Positions 26,344 to 38,652 of a stretch of 64,000 nt of DNA are shown here, one piece after another (the first letter of the stretch is position 1; every line of letters begins with the position of its first letter). Position numbers and translations under genes: made by a program. The DNA comes from Chlorokybus atmophyticus (lineage: Eukaryota; Plantae; Mesostigma and Chlorokybus algae). The notes below the pieces were generated by a model. That model saw only the letters and a list, made by a program, of their open reading frames with translations, searched no databases and had not been told where the DNA came from. The DNA lies in contig RHPI01003330.1 in assembly GCA_009103225.1 (NCBI GenBank), positions 524,730 through 588,729 on the forward strand. Direction: 5' to 3'.

Positions 26344-29237
26344 GCTGAGATCACATTGGGCTCATATTTTTGAGCGCGACTATTGTGGATTGTGCTGTGC
26401 ATGTCCACAAACTGTCTTGGTGGATGTTACTGTGATACATTACAAAACACGTGGGCCGCACCTAGGCACGAGAGCTTCAAGCATGACTTTGCTAGCGATG
26501 TTTATCAGATGAAGCATTCCAAAGTGCGTATGTCTTCAATTGTGTATGTTCCCTATGTTGACTACATATATGAGCAAGTTGTATGTCATGGTGTTTGTAC
26601 CATTGCTGTGCGTACAAACTTGTTCCACATGGTGTATTGCTCACACATGTCGCAATCAAAGCAGCAAAGCAACCAAAGATAGATTGACAGCAATCACCAT
26701 TGAAGTATGCATGTCGATTGGATGTATGCAATATCTCTCGAGTGTATAATAGTGCTGAGCTCAAGTTAGCTACGTGAAGTAGTTCAGCTTATTATCTCTT
26801 GCTAATGGTTGTGTGAGCGTATCTACGCGTGAGCGCTTGTTGTGGGAAGGTGTTTTTTAGGTGGGCACCCTCTTCCTTAATGTGGTGTCGTTGCGCTGCT
26901 CCCGTGTTGCCGCGCCGCTATCACACGTGGTCAACTTGACCATGTTAAAACGTGTTGCATGCATAGTACTATAATAATCCCAAGTAGTACAAGTGTGTTG
27001 CTAGACTTCCTCCTTACTGGAGTTGTAAGTCTTTATGCTTGTGCATGGGTTTGCAATGCCGACAAGCAAGTAAGTAAGTGTGGAACTTTCAATTCCACAC
27101 TTACTCTGTCGCGGTTACAGAGGCTCTCGTCGCGCGTGTGCACATACAATGCAAGTTCGTGCCACGTCACCGAGCGCGCCGTGGGTTGCTGAATGCATTG
27201 CAAAATAGGTGCAAAATTGTCAACGCCACGCTTATTCTGAAATCATTAAAGAGGCTCTCCTCGCGCATGTGCACACACGATGTGAATTGTTACCGCGTCG
27301 CCCAGCGCGCCTTAGCCTGTTCAGTGCATGCTCATGTGTGTAATTCTTGCACTACTCTTGATCACACAGCATGCATGTCAATCATGGCTGCGGTTGTCAT
27401 GCGTTCCACCCTCAATTCTGTCACTCGTAACTTTCGCTCATATGCTTCCATTGCATGGGCTAGCTTGCGTTGACACAAATCGGGCTGTGAGTACCATAAA
27501 TAAGGGCTATGCAACACGCGCAACCCACCCATCCACTTCATCACCGCCATCGATGCCAATCAGTTTATGCTGATATGCGCATGCACCTTGACATGCTTAG
27601 GTTTCGCTGCCGCAGCAAGATGTACACAGTGCGTGGTCATGCGTGCCGTCACGGTTACAACTTGTCGTTCGTTGAGCTCGGTAAAACTGCGAGCGGACTG
27701 TACGTTATGTGAGCTCTTGGGTGGGGGCTTGAACAATGATGAACCCGAAGAAAACCTCAACATGTAAGCGCCTTTTGCTCACATGATCTACTAGTAGTAG
27801 AATTGCTCGACGTAACACAATGACGCCCGGCGTCTTTCAACCATGGCGTCCTCAAATTATGGTAGCGCCATGCTATCATGTTCAACGTCATTCCAAGGTT
27901 TATAATAACTGTTACATTGTTACTGCGAGCTTGGGCGAATGCATTGTGTCCGGGTGGACAGCGGGAGATGGCAACTTGCGTGTGACTTGTATCACAACCA
28001 TTGAGGGTGGTCGCATGGCTCGTGCATTTGAGCTCAACCCGAGGTCGCTCCACGCGCGATTCCGTGCGCGGCGCGAGGCGATGGTACAGTCTACCCCCCA
28101 AAAGACTTAATTTTCTGTGAATGACCATTATTCTCTTTAGTAGCTGAGCCCGCCAATAAAGTACAATAAAGTACAATATGAGATTATGGAACAGATTATA
28201 GGCAAATTTGCGCCCCAATGATAAGACTAACTGGTACGGTTTTATTTCTTTATGAAAATCTCGCAAGTTCTTATGAGGGATATGCCAGTCAAGGGGGTGT
28301 CATAATCACCTATGATGAGCAGAGTATCGGGCGTGACGAGCGTGACACAACGGGCGTGATGAGTAATATGGTAGGCGTGATGAGCGCGACGTTGTGCAGG
28401 GTGTACACATGGGTGTACGCAAATGTGATATGTCGAAAGACCCTCGTCAGTAGCATAGCTATGCTATTCAATATCATGCTCGTGACGTTCAAGAGTCTAG
28501 TGCATATCATGCTCTTAAACTTGCGTGCATAAACCCGTCAAGAGTATAAAATCGTGGAGGGTAAATAGCGTCATAAAGCGGCTCTTGGCGCAAGTAGACT
28601 ATATATGACAGTACAAAAGAACGTCTGTATACGTACCGGGACGCAGAGCAAAAACCGCGGGTTAAGGCAAAGAGGAATGTTACATTGCGTTTTATAAGTA
28701 AGCATAGAACTGTTACGCCTCCACTCATCACAATCATACGCACTTTTGCTAGTATGATAGAGATCATTGATTACGGGCTATGTAAGAACCTTAACTCACT
28801 TTGATGTTAAACTCGTCTACGTATACGGCACATCCTCATGGCCAAATAAAGAAGAGTTAAGTAGCACATAGCATTGTGACAAATCTTATACAATACCAAT
28901 GACAGCTTGCTGCAAGCTCACATGTGTTCATAGTTGTCGGACGTTGACAACACTGATTTGTATGTGTCGATTTCTTATTGTTGGGTTATGTCATGAACTG
29001 GCACTGCTTCTGAAAACAAATGGTTGATTAAAGCCTTATTGGCTTGCTAGATGGCCTTGAGTTTAATGTTCATGAACTTGTATAACTAACATGAGGTGGT
29101 TCACAATTCATAAACCTAATATCTGCTCAGATGGGAGCGCCCTCTTGTTACAGAAGCTCTCCACCCCTGCATCAAGTTCCAAACAAAGTTCTTTTAAGGT
29201 AAAATTTTGGTTTGAAGGTGTGTAGGTGGGTTGGTGG

Positions 29238-29504
29238 NNNNNNNNNNNNNNNNNNNNNNNNNNNNNNNNNNNNNNNNNNNNNNNNNNNNNNNNNNNNNNN
29301 NNNNNNNNNNNNNNNNNNNNNNNNNNNNNNNNNNNNNNNNNNNNNNNNNNNNNNNNNNNNNNNNNNNNNNNNNNNNNNNNNNNNNNNNNNNNNNNNNNNN
29401 NNNNNNNNNNNNNNNNNNNNNNNNNNNNNNNNNNNNNNNNNNNNNNNNNNNNNNNNNNNNNNNNNNNNNNNNNNNNNNNNNNNNNNNNNNNNNNNNNNNN
29501 NNNN
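29238..29504. other. Assembly gap
   Basis: Ns in sequence. Confidence 1.
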
Positions 29505-29800
29505 GGGGGGGGGGGGGGCGGCTGCTTTCTATCCGGTGAGATACACATTGGTAGGTCTCCACGCAATTGTCTCTCACAATGCCATTGTCCATGCTGGGTC
29601 CACTGTACGACTTTAGCCCTAAAACTTGAGGGCCATTTTCCTAGCGTTTGCGTTCAAGACCGTCCGAACCCTTTCTGCAGGTCCAGGCGGGTGACTCAAT
29701 GCGCTAGCGGCGGCGACCAGGCAGGGGTTCGCAGGCAGCAGCAGCAACAACAACAACACCAGAGACAACGCCAGGCTCTCCGCGGCGGCGGCGGCATATC

Positions 29801-31798
29801 ATGGGGTCACAGCTGGCGGGGCCAGGCTGGTCTGTGGCCACGAATGGCTGTGCGCCAGCTCAGCGCCTGGACTCCTCTGAAACTCAGGAGGCGGCGGCGG
29901 AGGGGGCTGCCCTGCGCTTGGGAACTGCGCTGGGCGGCAGGTGAGCGCGCCACGTGAGTAGTAGTGCACACAAGGAGTGCATGCGCTACCAGTGGTAGAC
30001 ATGTTCTGTAATCTGACCGTCTGGGCGTGCGGCTCAACTGCCGCAATCACATGATGTGACCGCTATATTGACGTCGCTTTCAGCAGCGCAGAATTGTGCA
30101 TGTTGCAACGAGAAGGCAAGCTGCCTAGTGATAGTGCTGCAAGCTCGGAGTGTGAGTGGCCTAAGGCTGATGCCAATTGGTGCCCGTCGTCTAATCCAAT
30201 GTGGGGGTGTCAAAGGTGAGTGATGACCATTCAGGAGAACCTGACTGCTGTGGCCTTGGTGCAGGACCTGTACATTCAACAATGACAGCGTATGTTACTA
30301 CGTATTCTCTGTGTGGTGCCCTCCAATTAGTGCACAAGTCTTTCAGCCTGTCATTGCACGCCGCTGTATCTCCCCTCCTCCAGGATCAAACTTGGGGGTG
30401 CCCCATGCGCAGATCCTTGCGGGCACTGCACCAGGCTCAAGTCAACAATGCTCACCCACGATCGCCGTCATTATCAGAGTCGCCGGCGCTGGCAACAGCC
30501 TCGCTGCCTCCTACTGGTGACGTGGCAACGTCTGCTATTGCGGGGGGCCCTGGGCCTGGGCCGGTTGCTAACCCTGAAGACTACGGGTGAGAGATAGCTC
30601 ACCAATTGCCACGTGAAACTTCAACTGTTCCATTGCAATCTCCCAGAAGGAATTGTGGTTAGTCTGTTGGTACAGCAACAGAGATATAATTACTTGTTAT
30701 TGCGCTGTTGGTACCAATCTTCATGGAGGTAACAATGTTGCAATTGACAATCAGCAGCTATTCCTCTCAGGAACAGCTTCCAACCACTCTCCTGGGCAAG
30801 AGACAACTTGACTCAAGCTGTGACATATGTCTGGCGGAACTGCCTGGCCAAGGCTCCGAGAATACGCCACCCTTCAAGCAACTGGAGGGGGGCCCCACCC
30901 GTTCAAAGTCATCGCCCGCTACCCCTGCTGCCGTCCGGGGTCCCAAACGTGGCTAACATGTTGGGTGCCGCCGCGTGGGGGCAGGTTGAAGACGTTCTGG
31001 TGAGGACATGTGTAGGTCTTTGTTTTTGTGACTGGCACTGGAGGGAGGGAGGGAGGGAGGGAGGGAGAGAGGGAGGGTGTGGATAAGTTCTTGTCTAGTG
31101 CAATTGCTCAAGCGAATCCACTTCATGGCATGTCCAAAACAGCTTTTCTGCGAAGACATTGCAAGGGTACATGAGCTGCTCGAAGGTTGGCCTGCGAGAT
31201 GGCAGGAGAAGGTGACCGCTGCGCCCATTCAACCAGCAGATTCTTCGATCGAGTGAGTGCTCAATTGCCACACATATCAACAACAGGCCACTGTTTGGAC
31301 CTGCGTACGTACGGCGCGCGTGCGTGCATGTGTTGCTTATATGCCATATAAGCAATATGCGGCATATTGCCAACAGAGATCTCTCCCGCCTGCACGAACG
31401 AAGTGCGGTGGTGATGCTGCTGATAGCCGACAACCGCAGCAACTCCTGGTTTGACAAGCGGCAGTACCCTCAGAACAAGAAGCTCCTGGACTTACTGATA
31501 CAAGCCACTAGCGACAGGAAAGGTGCACCATATTGTAATACATTCTCATTGTTGAACTGCAGATTGGTACTGAATACGCATGCAACGTGAATTCAACCAC
31601 ACATCAGTCCCTCTGGCGGCGGTGGTGTACCCGGTGCTCCCGGCCGCCAGGGCGCACTGGCGCAAGTATGGGGCGATGCAAGTGCAGTCGATGGAATGGC
31701 CGGAAGCGCTGCGGGAGAAGACCTTTGAGTACATGCCGACAGAGCTTGATGACGACGAACGTGCGTACAACCGATTGCAGCGGGTGCTGGCTGAGTAG
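29801..31798 (+). CDS. Uncharacterised protein with GNAT-like C-terminal domain, copy B (apparently intact, ~395 aa, longer N-terminus)
   Basis: Exons 29801-29940, 30084-30215, 30347-30586, 30771-30999, 31143-31252, 31377-31522 and 31608-31798 (1188 nt) join in frame. The last three introns match copy A in position and phase. The first three exons are less certain. Confidence 0.7.
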
Positions 31799-32257
31799 AG
31801 GTATCGTGTAGGCCTGTGGGAGGCGAATGCGCAGCTCTGCACGGTATTTCCAAGGAATTCCAGTTATTATCAGCAGTGGTAATGCATTGCCACACGCGTG
31901 GTGGTTATCCACCGTACAGGAAGCTTTGACAGGAAGTGTGTAGCTGTGTAGAATATATGCAATGGTGTGCATGTGACTGTGTCGTTGGGTGTCATTGGGT
32001 GGTACTTAGAAATAAGTTGTTCGCCTTGCTAACTTGCTGTTGCTCTGATCGCTGTATTGTGAAGCCCACCAGCTACACAGCCGCTGTGTGGCTTCAACGC
32101 GTTGCTGTTGCGGCAACAGGAACGCTTGCAGACAATGTTGCAGGCATGAAGTTTTACGCAATTGCCTGCTCAATTTGCAGCAAGCAACTACGCTCAGCTG
32201 CTTCTGAGCATTGTCTCATATGGTCTGTGCGTACGACACACTCATGTAATATTACAT

Positions 32258-32303
32258 GCACCTTACAAGCGCCTCCCTAAATAGGGAGGCGCTTGTAAGG
32301 TGC
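32258..32303. repeat. Perfect palindrome, 22-bp arms with a 2-nt spacer
   Basis: gcaccttacaagcgcctcccta-aa-tagggaggcgcttgtaaggtgc. Confidence 0.95.
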
Positions 32304-32415
32304 CATTGCACGCGACACTGCCATTGCATATATACACTCATCAGTGTTGTGGATGTAGCGCATACGCAACTTCCTGCAAGTGCTCAGTAGGCTGGGTGCG
32401 CGCGTGAGGGCGGGG

Positions 32416-33069
32416 NNNNNNNNNNNNNNNNNNNNNNNNNNNNNNNNNNNNNNNNNNNNNNNNNNNNNNNNNNNNNNNNNNNNNNNNNNNNNNNNNNNNN
32501 NNNNNNNNNNNNNNNNNNNNNNNNNNNNNNNNNNNNNNNNNNNNNNNNNNNNNNNNNNNNNNNNNNNNNNNNNNNNNNNNNNNNNNNNNNNNNNNNNNNN
32601 NNNNNNNNNNNNNNNNNNNNNNNNNNNNNNNNNNNNNNNNNNNNNNNNNNNNNNNNNNNNNNNNNNNNNNNNNNNNNNNNNNNNNNNNNNNNNNNNNNNN
32701 NNNNNNNNNNNNNNNNNNNNNNNNNNNNNNNNNNNNNNNNNNNNNNNNNNNNNNNNNNNNNNNNNNNNNNNNNNNNNNNNNNNNNNNNNNNNNNNNNNNN
32801 NNNNNNNNNNNNNNNNNNNNNNNNNNNNNNNNNNNNNNNNNNNNNNNNNNNNNNNNNNNNNNNNNNNNNNNNNNNNNNNNNNNNNNNNNNNNNNNNNNNN
32901 NNNNNNNNNNNNNNNNNNNNNNNNNNNNNNNNNNNNNNNNNNNNNNNNNNNNNNNNNNNNNNNNNNNNNNNNNNNNNNNNNNNNNNNNNNNNNNNNNNNN
33001 NNNNNNNNNNNNNNNNNNNNNNNNNNNNNNNNNNNNNNNNNNNNNNNNNNNNNNNNNNNNNNNNNNNNN
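32416..33069. other. Assembly gap
   Basis: Ns in sequence. Confidence 1.
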
Positions 33070-33675
33070 GGCAGCAGGGCATTGATAGCTCATCCGGTGG
33101 TTGTTCTGGGAGGGGTGCACCGGTCCGACGTGGGGAATAGAGGTGTGCAGTGCCTTCTCATGCTGTCATTGCAATATGTAGAGTGAGCTATGCATAGCTT
33201 TACCTTGGCCCCCATGCAATCCGCATAAGCACTTCCTTGTCTTCGCTATACTGCCACCTAATTTGGGGTTCACCACGTGCAGCCTTTGTGTGTTATATGT
33301 TACACATACACCGTACGAAACAGAATCAAATGCACACAGCATTCCCAACAACATAGACGACTTGCTCATTTGTTTTTGCAGCAGTGAGGGCGCTTGCACA
33401 CAATCATTAAGTTGAAGGCGCGCACGAGTGTACAACAGAAGCTATGCTATGATGCCTAATACGTACGCACGCACGCGGGTTTTCTAAATATGCATTGCCA
33501 GTACATAAGACCTGGGTGCCTGTGTGCGCCGCCGGGCCCAAGTAGTGGTGAATCAATGGGAATTCACAGGTGACATCCACCACGACACATCGCTGAGGAC
33601 TACACGCATGCATAGCACACTATCATGCACACAATCACCGTACTTGGGAATCTGACCTGCACGTTCTCTCAGCTC

Positions 33676-35373
33676 TTATGTAGTTGCAGCCAGCACCTGC
33701 TGCAGTCGGTTAAACTCACGTTCGTCGTCATCATACTCAGTCGGCATGTACTTAAAGGTCTTCTGCCGCAGCACTTCCGGCCATTCCTTTGACTGCACTG
33801 GCATCGCCCCGTACCTCCGCCAGTGCGCCCTGGCTGCGGGGAGCACCGGATACACCACCGCCGCTACAGGCACTGGGTTGGCAGATGGGAGACAATGTTG
33901 GTGTGGCTATAAGGAGAGAAACTACCACGTGAGAGTGCACCTTCTGTGGCTCCCGCAATCAGGAGGTCAAGCAGCTTCTTGTTGTGAGGGTACTGGCGCA
34001 TTCAAACCATGAGTTGCTGCGATTTTGTGCTATCAGCAGCAGCACTGCAGCGCTCCTGGGCCCCAGCAATGGCTGCATGAAGTCCAGCTCCGGGGGAACA
34101 CTGTTGAAGGATGTTACAACGTCAACTGACAACAACTTTGACGAAACATTATGTCAAGTACAGACCTGTCAGATTGAAGCACAGCCGGGTCTAGGTGTTC
34201 GCATGTCACTGAGTTTGGCAGCCCGAGGCACATGGCGCGTGCTAGGTCTTAAGCCCTGGCTGCGTCCTCACAGCAAACCTGCCAGTGGTGTCCAGTCAGT
34301 TGTACGCGTAAGAGAGTGAGGCAACACGCAATACGTCTGTGCGTGTGTGTTTTCCTCACTGCGGAAAAAATGCATGCACTCACCAGCACGTGGTTGATGT
34401 GGGACCAAGTGGGATCACGCATCATTGTGGCTATGTCGGGGACCCCGGACCCCGGACGAGGGGAGCCGAGAGTCCGATACTGGTGCCTCATGATCAAGAT
34501 TTCGACGCTTTCTCCTCGTACTGTTGAACAGAAAAGAAACAATCCTGGTCACAGCACGTACGAGGCGCAGGACGACTCGTCAGACATCGGATGCTTGCGC
34601 ATGCATATTGTAGGTAGAGGAGGTTGCATGTATATGTTGGAGAGAAAGCTAGATACTGGTACTTGTGTACTGTATGCACTCATGCACTCACGCTTATAGG
34701 GGAAAACAACTTGTTGAACCCACACAACTCGTTCACACCAACCTCCACCCATGCCCGCACCCACACACCCAAGTGTGCTTGGGCGGCACGTGCAGTGCCT
34801 GCACGCATGATGCGTGCAGGCACTACACGCATACAACTGTGCTTAGGCGTCTGTATGTGCATATGCACATGGTGGTGTACATATACAGCACGGGATCATG
34901 CTGCACATGCAAGCACATGCACACCCATGCACCGTGCATGGGTGTGCATGTGTGACACGCACACATGCACGCGCACTCGCGCACACAGACATGGACAAAC
35001 ACGCGCATGTACACAAACGCATATGCAAATTCGTGTGCATATGGGCGCACGTGCGCGGGCGGGACTCCAAAGTCACAAGTTGTCTCACAACGCAAACCAT
35101 AGCAACAACCCTGGAATGCCATCGCAACAGCCGGGGAGCACTTCTTGGCCAACAGCCTGTTGGCTAAGTTGAGAAACAGCAAGACTTACTGCTTACCGCC
35201 AAGCGATAAAGTCAGTCGCACCTGTGCAACTTGCCTTGAACGTTTCGTCTCACTTCGGTTGCCGACGGCCATGACGATGATGTTGCGCCGGAAGACAGCG
35301 AGTCGCTGGAACGGCCTTTCATCATCATCGGCGGCGGTGGCAAGTGACGGTCTGCAGTGGTCAAGGCATCCAT
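33676..35373 (-). pseudogene. GNAT-like family copy C (pseudogene)
   Basis: Same exon layout as copy A, starting MDALTTADRHLP. Lesions: 7-bp duplication ccggggt, premature TAA where A has CAA (CEDAARA*), and a frameshift before RQYPHNKKLL. The last exon is intact. Confidence 0.8.
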
Positions 35374-36996
35374 GAAGGCTACATTCAAGAGAGACTAACC
35401 TAGCATGCGTATTCAAAGCTTCTGTTTGCCCAACAGAGCAGTCACCTCTAGATCTATGCACAGCAGGCGCCACTGAGCCGGATGGGCTGGCCCCCAAAGT
35501 GCGAGTTGCTGCGCGCGTTGGCGTCGTCCTCAAGCTTTGCATCCGCAAGTACTACTACCACCACTTGCCAAATCAGCAGAGATTCTGCTATGCAACTAGC
35601 AAGTAGCAACAGTGCATAGCATTATCACAGCAGCCGACTTGCTGCGAGTTGCTACGAAGGTTGGGTCGTTCTGAAACTTCTCATCCGCTTAGTACTACCA
35701 TCACTTGCCAAATGCAAATGCGCAGAACATCAGTTATCAATAGCGCGTAGCAACGTCACAACAGGCTTGTAATTGCTTTGCCACTTGGGTCTTGCTCTGA
35801 TTGACTGGTTGACACATGCAACAGATTCATTGTAAGATAAAGCAGTGACTTGACGTGGAGCGTATTTTCTTCCCTTCCAGACCCTTCCGGAGGGTGTGGT
35901 TGCCAACCCCACTTTTGTCGCAATTGTAAGAAGGTACGCTGCACGTCATTGCAGTGCGGTTGGCTAAGTCGCTACGTCACATCACCACTACGCGACCACA
36001 GCAGTCACATCAACATTGTGATCACGTAAGCAGCGGCCACGCTGCCCTTTCCTCACGTAGCTACTAGTATAGCGCTGGTCGGTCTATCAGACAACGGCAG
36101 GTGCCATTCTGGAATACCTCCTTCCAAGTCGGAAGCCCATTGCTGCTGGGAAGTCAGCCATCCAGGATTGCCCCAACTTCGTTGTTGGCTCGAATCCAGG
36201 CCGGACTGCAGCCCAATATGAGGCACTGGAACAGCATGTAATAAAGTTCACGAACAATTAGTACATGCAAAACGAATGTACATACATGTAGCTACATGCA
36301 ATACGTTCAGGAACGAGCCATGCAATACACGCAACGTGTTACCATCCAATGCTTACAGTGCTGGGGAGCAATGTTGCATGCATGGAGTAGCAGGTCACTA
36401 GCAGTGCTAGTCTAGTAGCACAGTTCATTGTGCTACTGCTGCAGCGCTGGCAGTTGGTGTGGTGAACAATTTCTACGACAGCGACAGAAGTTGTGACTTT
36501 CTACTTGCCATTCGGTGTAGTGTTGCTTATTGCGAAGGTGCCAATGACGCAACCACAGCGGCGAGGTACGTAAATACCAAGCACAGTTATTGCGGTTGCG
36601 ATTAATGAGGACTTGAGTCTCTGAGGGGTTGCGCGAAGGTTCTCCACGGCCTGTCACAATGGTCAGATGTCGCGCTGAGGGTTATGTTATTATCCGGCAA
36701 TGCAGGCAGGTAGAGGGTGACATCTAGAGACCTCCACAAGCTGTCAGCCAGGCCGTAACAGATAACGACGATGTCAAGCGCATAGAAAGTGGCGTGTCAC
36801 ACGCGACTTTTCATCTGTTGCAGACGGTCTGCAACAAGCGCTTAGGAGCTGTGTGCGAGGTACTTGCTGTGGAGCCTAGTTGTCAAATTCAAAGGGAGGG
36901 AAAGGAGCCACTGAGACTTGGAGAGGTGGAGAGTAGGGTTTGAGACTTGGAGAGAGTTCTCTTCACTCCCTTTGTACGGGGTGGAGGCTGGCAAGC

Positions 36997-38652
36997 ATGG
37001 GGCAGAGACCAAGCACGCCTGAGGCTCTGCACGAATGCCGCCGCTCCAGCAGCAGCTCGGAGGATGTTGACAGAGCTGTGAATGCGCTCAGGTCCCGTCA
37101 CAGCGTCACAGACAGGCACGCCCATCCAACAATATGCTGGTCGGCCGCCAGCACAGCGGCAAATCCTTGGCAACCAGCACCATCTTCAAGCTCAGTGACG
37201 GGTGAGAGAGACAGCAACATTGGTAGGGTTGGTAGGGTTTGGTAGGGTTGGTAGGGTTTGAGCTGGCTAATTGCACTGCATGTGACCGGTTTGCAAATGT
37301 AAATTTACTCTTATCTGGCTTCTCTGTTAGCTACGTCCAGGGCAGTTTGAGTCATGTGAGTGTCAGCAAGCGCAATAATTGATGTGTCATCTCCGTCACG
37401 GTGATCAATACCTCATGCTTCTGAACGGTTCCCCTCCCCATGCTTCTAGCAAATCCTGTCGCCAATGCCTGTGTATCTGCCTGCTGCTGCTGACCACTGC
37501 TCTCTCTCCACTCGCAGAAAGACTGCAAACGTGGCAGAAACCGGGGTGTGCAACGCACACGGGGACCTAGTGCACGCTGCTACGCACCCGTCATGTTTCG
37601 GAACGCACCCGATTCAGGTTCGCATGCATTGCAAGTTGATTGAATATATGCGCACGCATATTTAGGGCAGGCTCTTTTCTTGAAATGATGCCCCCCAGAC
37701 ATGCCAGCAACTCAATTGTTTGCAGGAATATCGACACCCCGGGCAAAGCTGGTATTCCAGCTGACCTCAACACCCTGCAGCAGTGGGCTCAAGGAGTTAG
37801 GGCGGTGGCTTCAGATGGCCAATACCTTAAAGACTGCCCGGAGAACCGCGCTGTCGTCATCATTGTTGTCGTGGAAATGGAGACGTTGCTGAGCAAAATG
37901 AGGCCTAGATCTCCTCCCATTGGTGTATATGGCCAGCCATCTCCACGCGCAAGTCTCTCACTTCTGCAACCCGCAGCGAGTCGGTAAGCTCTTCACCTTT
38001 CCGCTTGCATAGTCAGGTCTTCGGTTTGATGACTCACCAAACAGAAAAGTGTTGGACATGTATATAGAATTGTAGCTCTGTTTTGGGATCCAAGACTCAT
38101 GACTACTTGCAGACTGGTTCATTCACTCACCACAAGGGACTTAAACTTGTGTTGACAGGTGGGCCGGTGATACTGTTTGGCAATTTCCCCCCGAACATGC
38201 CACTAGATGACAGGAGGGAGGCTGAGTCAGTGTTGAGACAGGTGACTGAGCTCGACACCGTGTTCTGCGGCAACCTCACTCTGAAAGAACTTTGCGATCG
38301 GGACCACCGTTACACATGGTGCACCAAGTTCTTTGATGACCATGACACGGAAGTGACGGTTATCAAGATGCTCAAGCAGGCGGCCCGGATTTTGACCAGA
38401 GTAGTGGAGTGCGCTCCTAGCTTCCTTTGCTGGATCGCCGCGGGCACGCGCTCGTCATCAGCTGGTCAGCGCTGAGAGCTGCTGGTCAGCTGCTTCTGAC
38501 GCACGCATGGCTACATAGCTGCCCTCTGTTCCATCTGTGCTGAGCAGAATTGGACTGCAAACACAACGCTGCTAACTTACGTCTCCAAGCAGGGCATCAA
38601 GCTGCGGAGACCAGCAGCATTGGCCAGGAGGACCTATGCGCGATCTGCCAGA
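36997..38652 (+). pseudogene. GTPase-RING copy 4 (pseudogene)
   Basis: MGQRPST start. Exon 1 (36997-37201) is frameshifted before the P-loop, exon 2 is 100 nt versus 96, and exon 3 has a further frameshift. The RING exon stops matching after CAICQ (~38652). Confidence 0.85.

Larger units (their letters stand above)
33676..38652. repeat. Inverted, diverged segmental duplicate of 21495-26343 (GTPase-RING gene + intergenic region + GNAT-like gene)
   Basis: Both genes and several non-coding blocks match in reverse complement: 23815-23910 with 36345-36450, 24200-24400 with 35850-36050, and 24575-24655 with 35490-35580. Confidence 0.85.

Noticed and set aside
30708-30960. Stop-start juxtaposition (TAA C ATG) suggesting a bicistronic arrangement in copy B
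   Set aside because: Codon-level conservation with copies A and C (SGVPNVANML / SGVTDITKKM / SGVPDIATMM) continues upstream of the ATG in the GNAT-like frame, so the other-frame stop is incidental.
29108-33186. Long ORFs full of X around 29.2-29.5 kb and 32.4-33.1 kb (also 19.7 and 39.8 kb)
   Set aside because: Open only because they cross N gaps.
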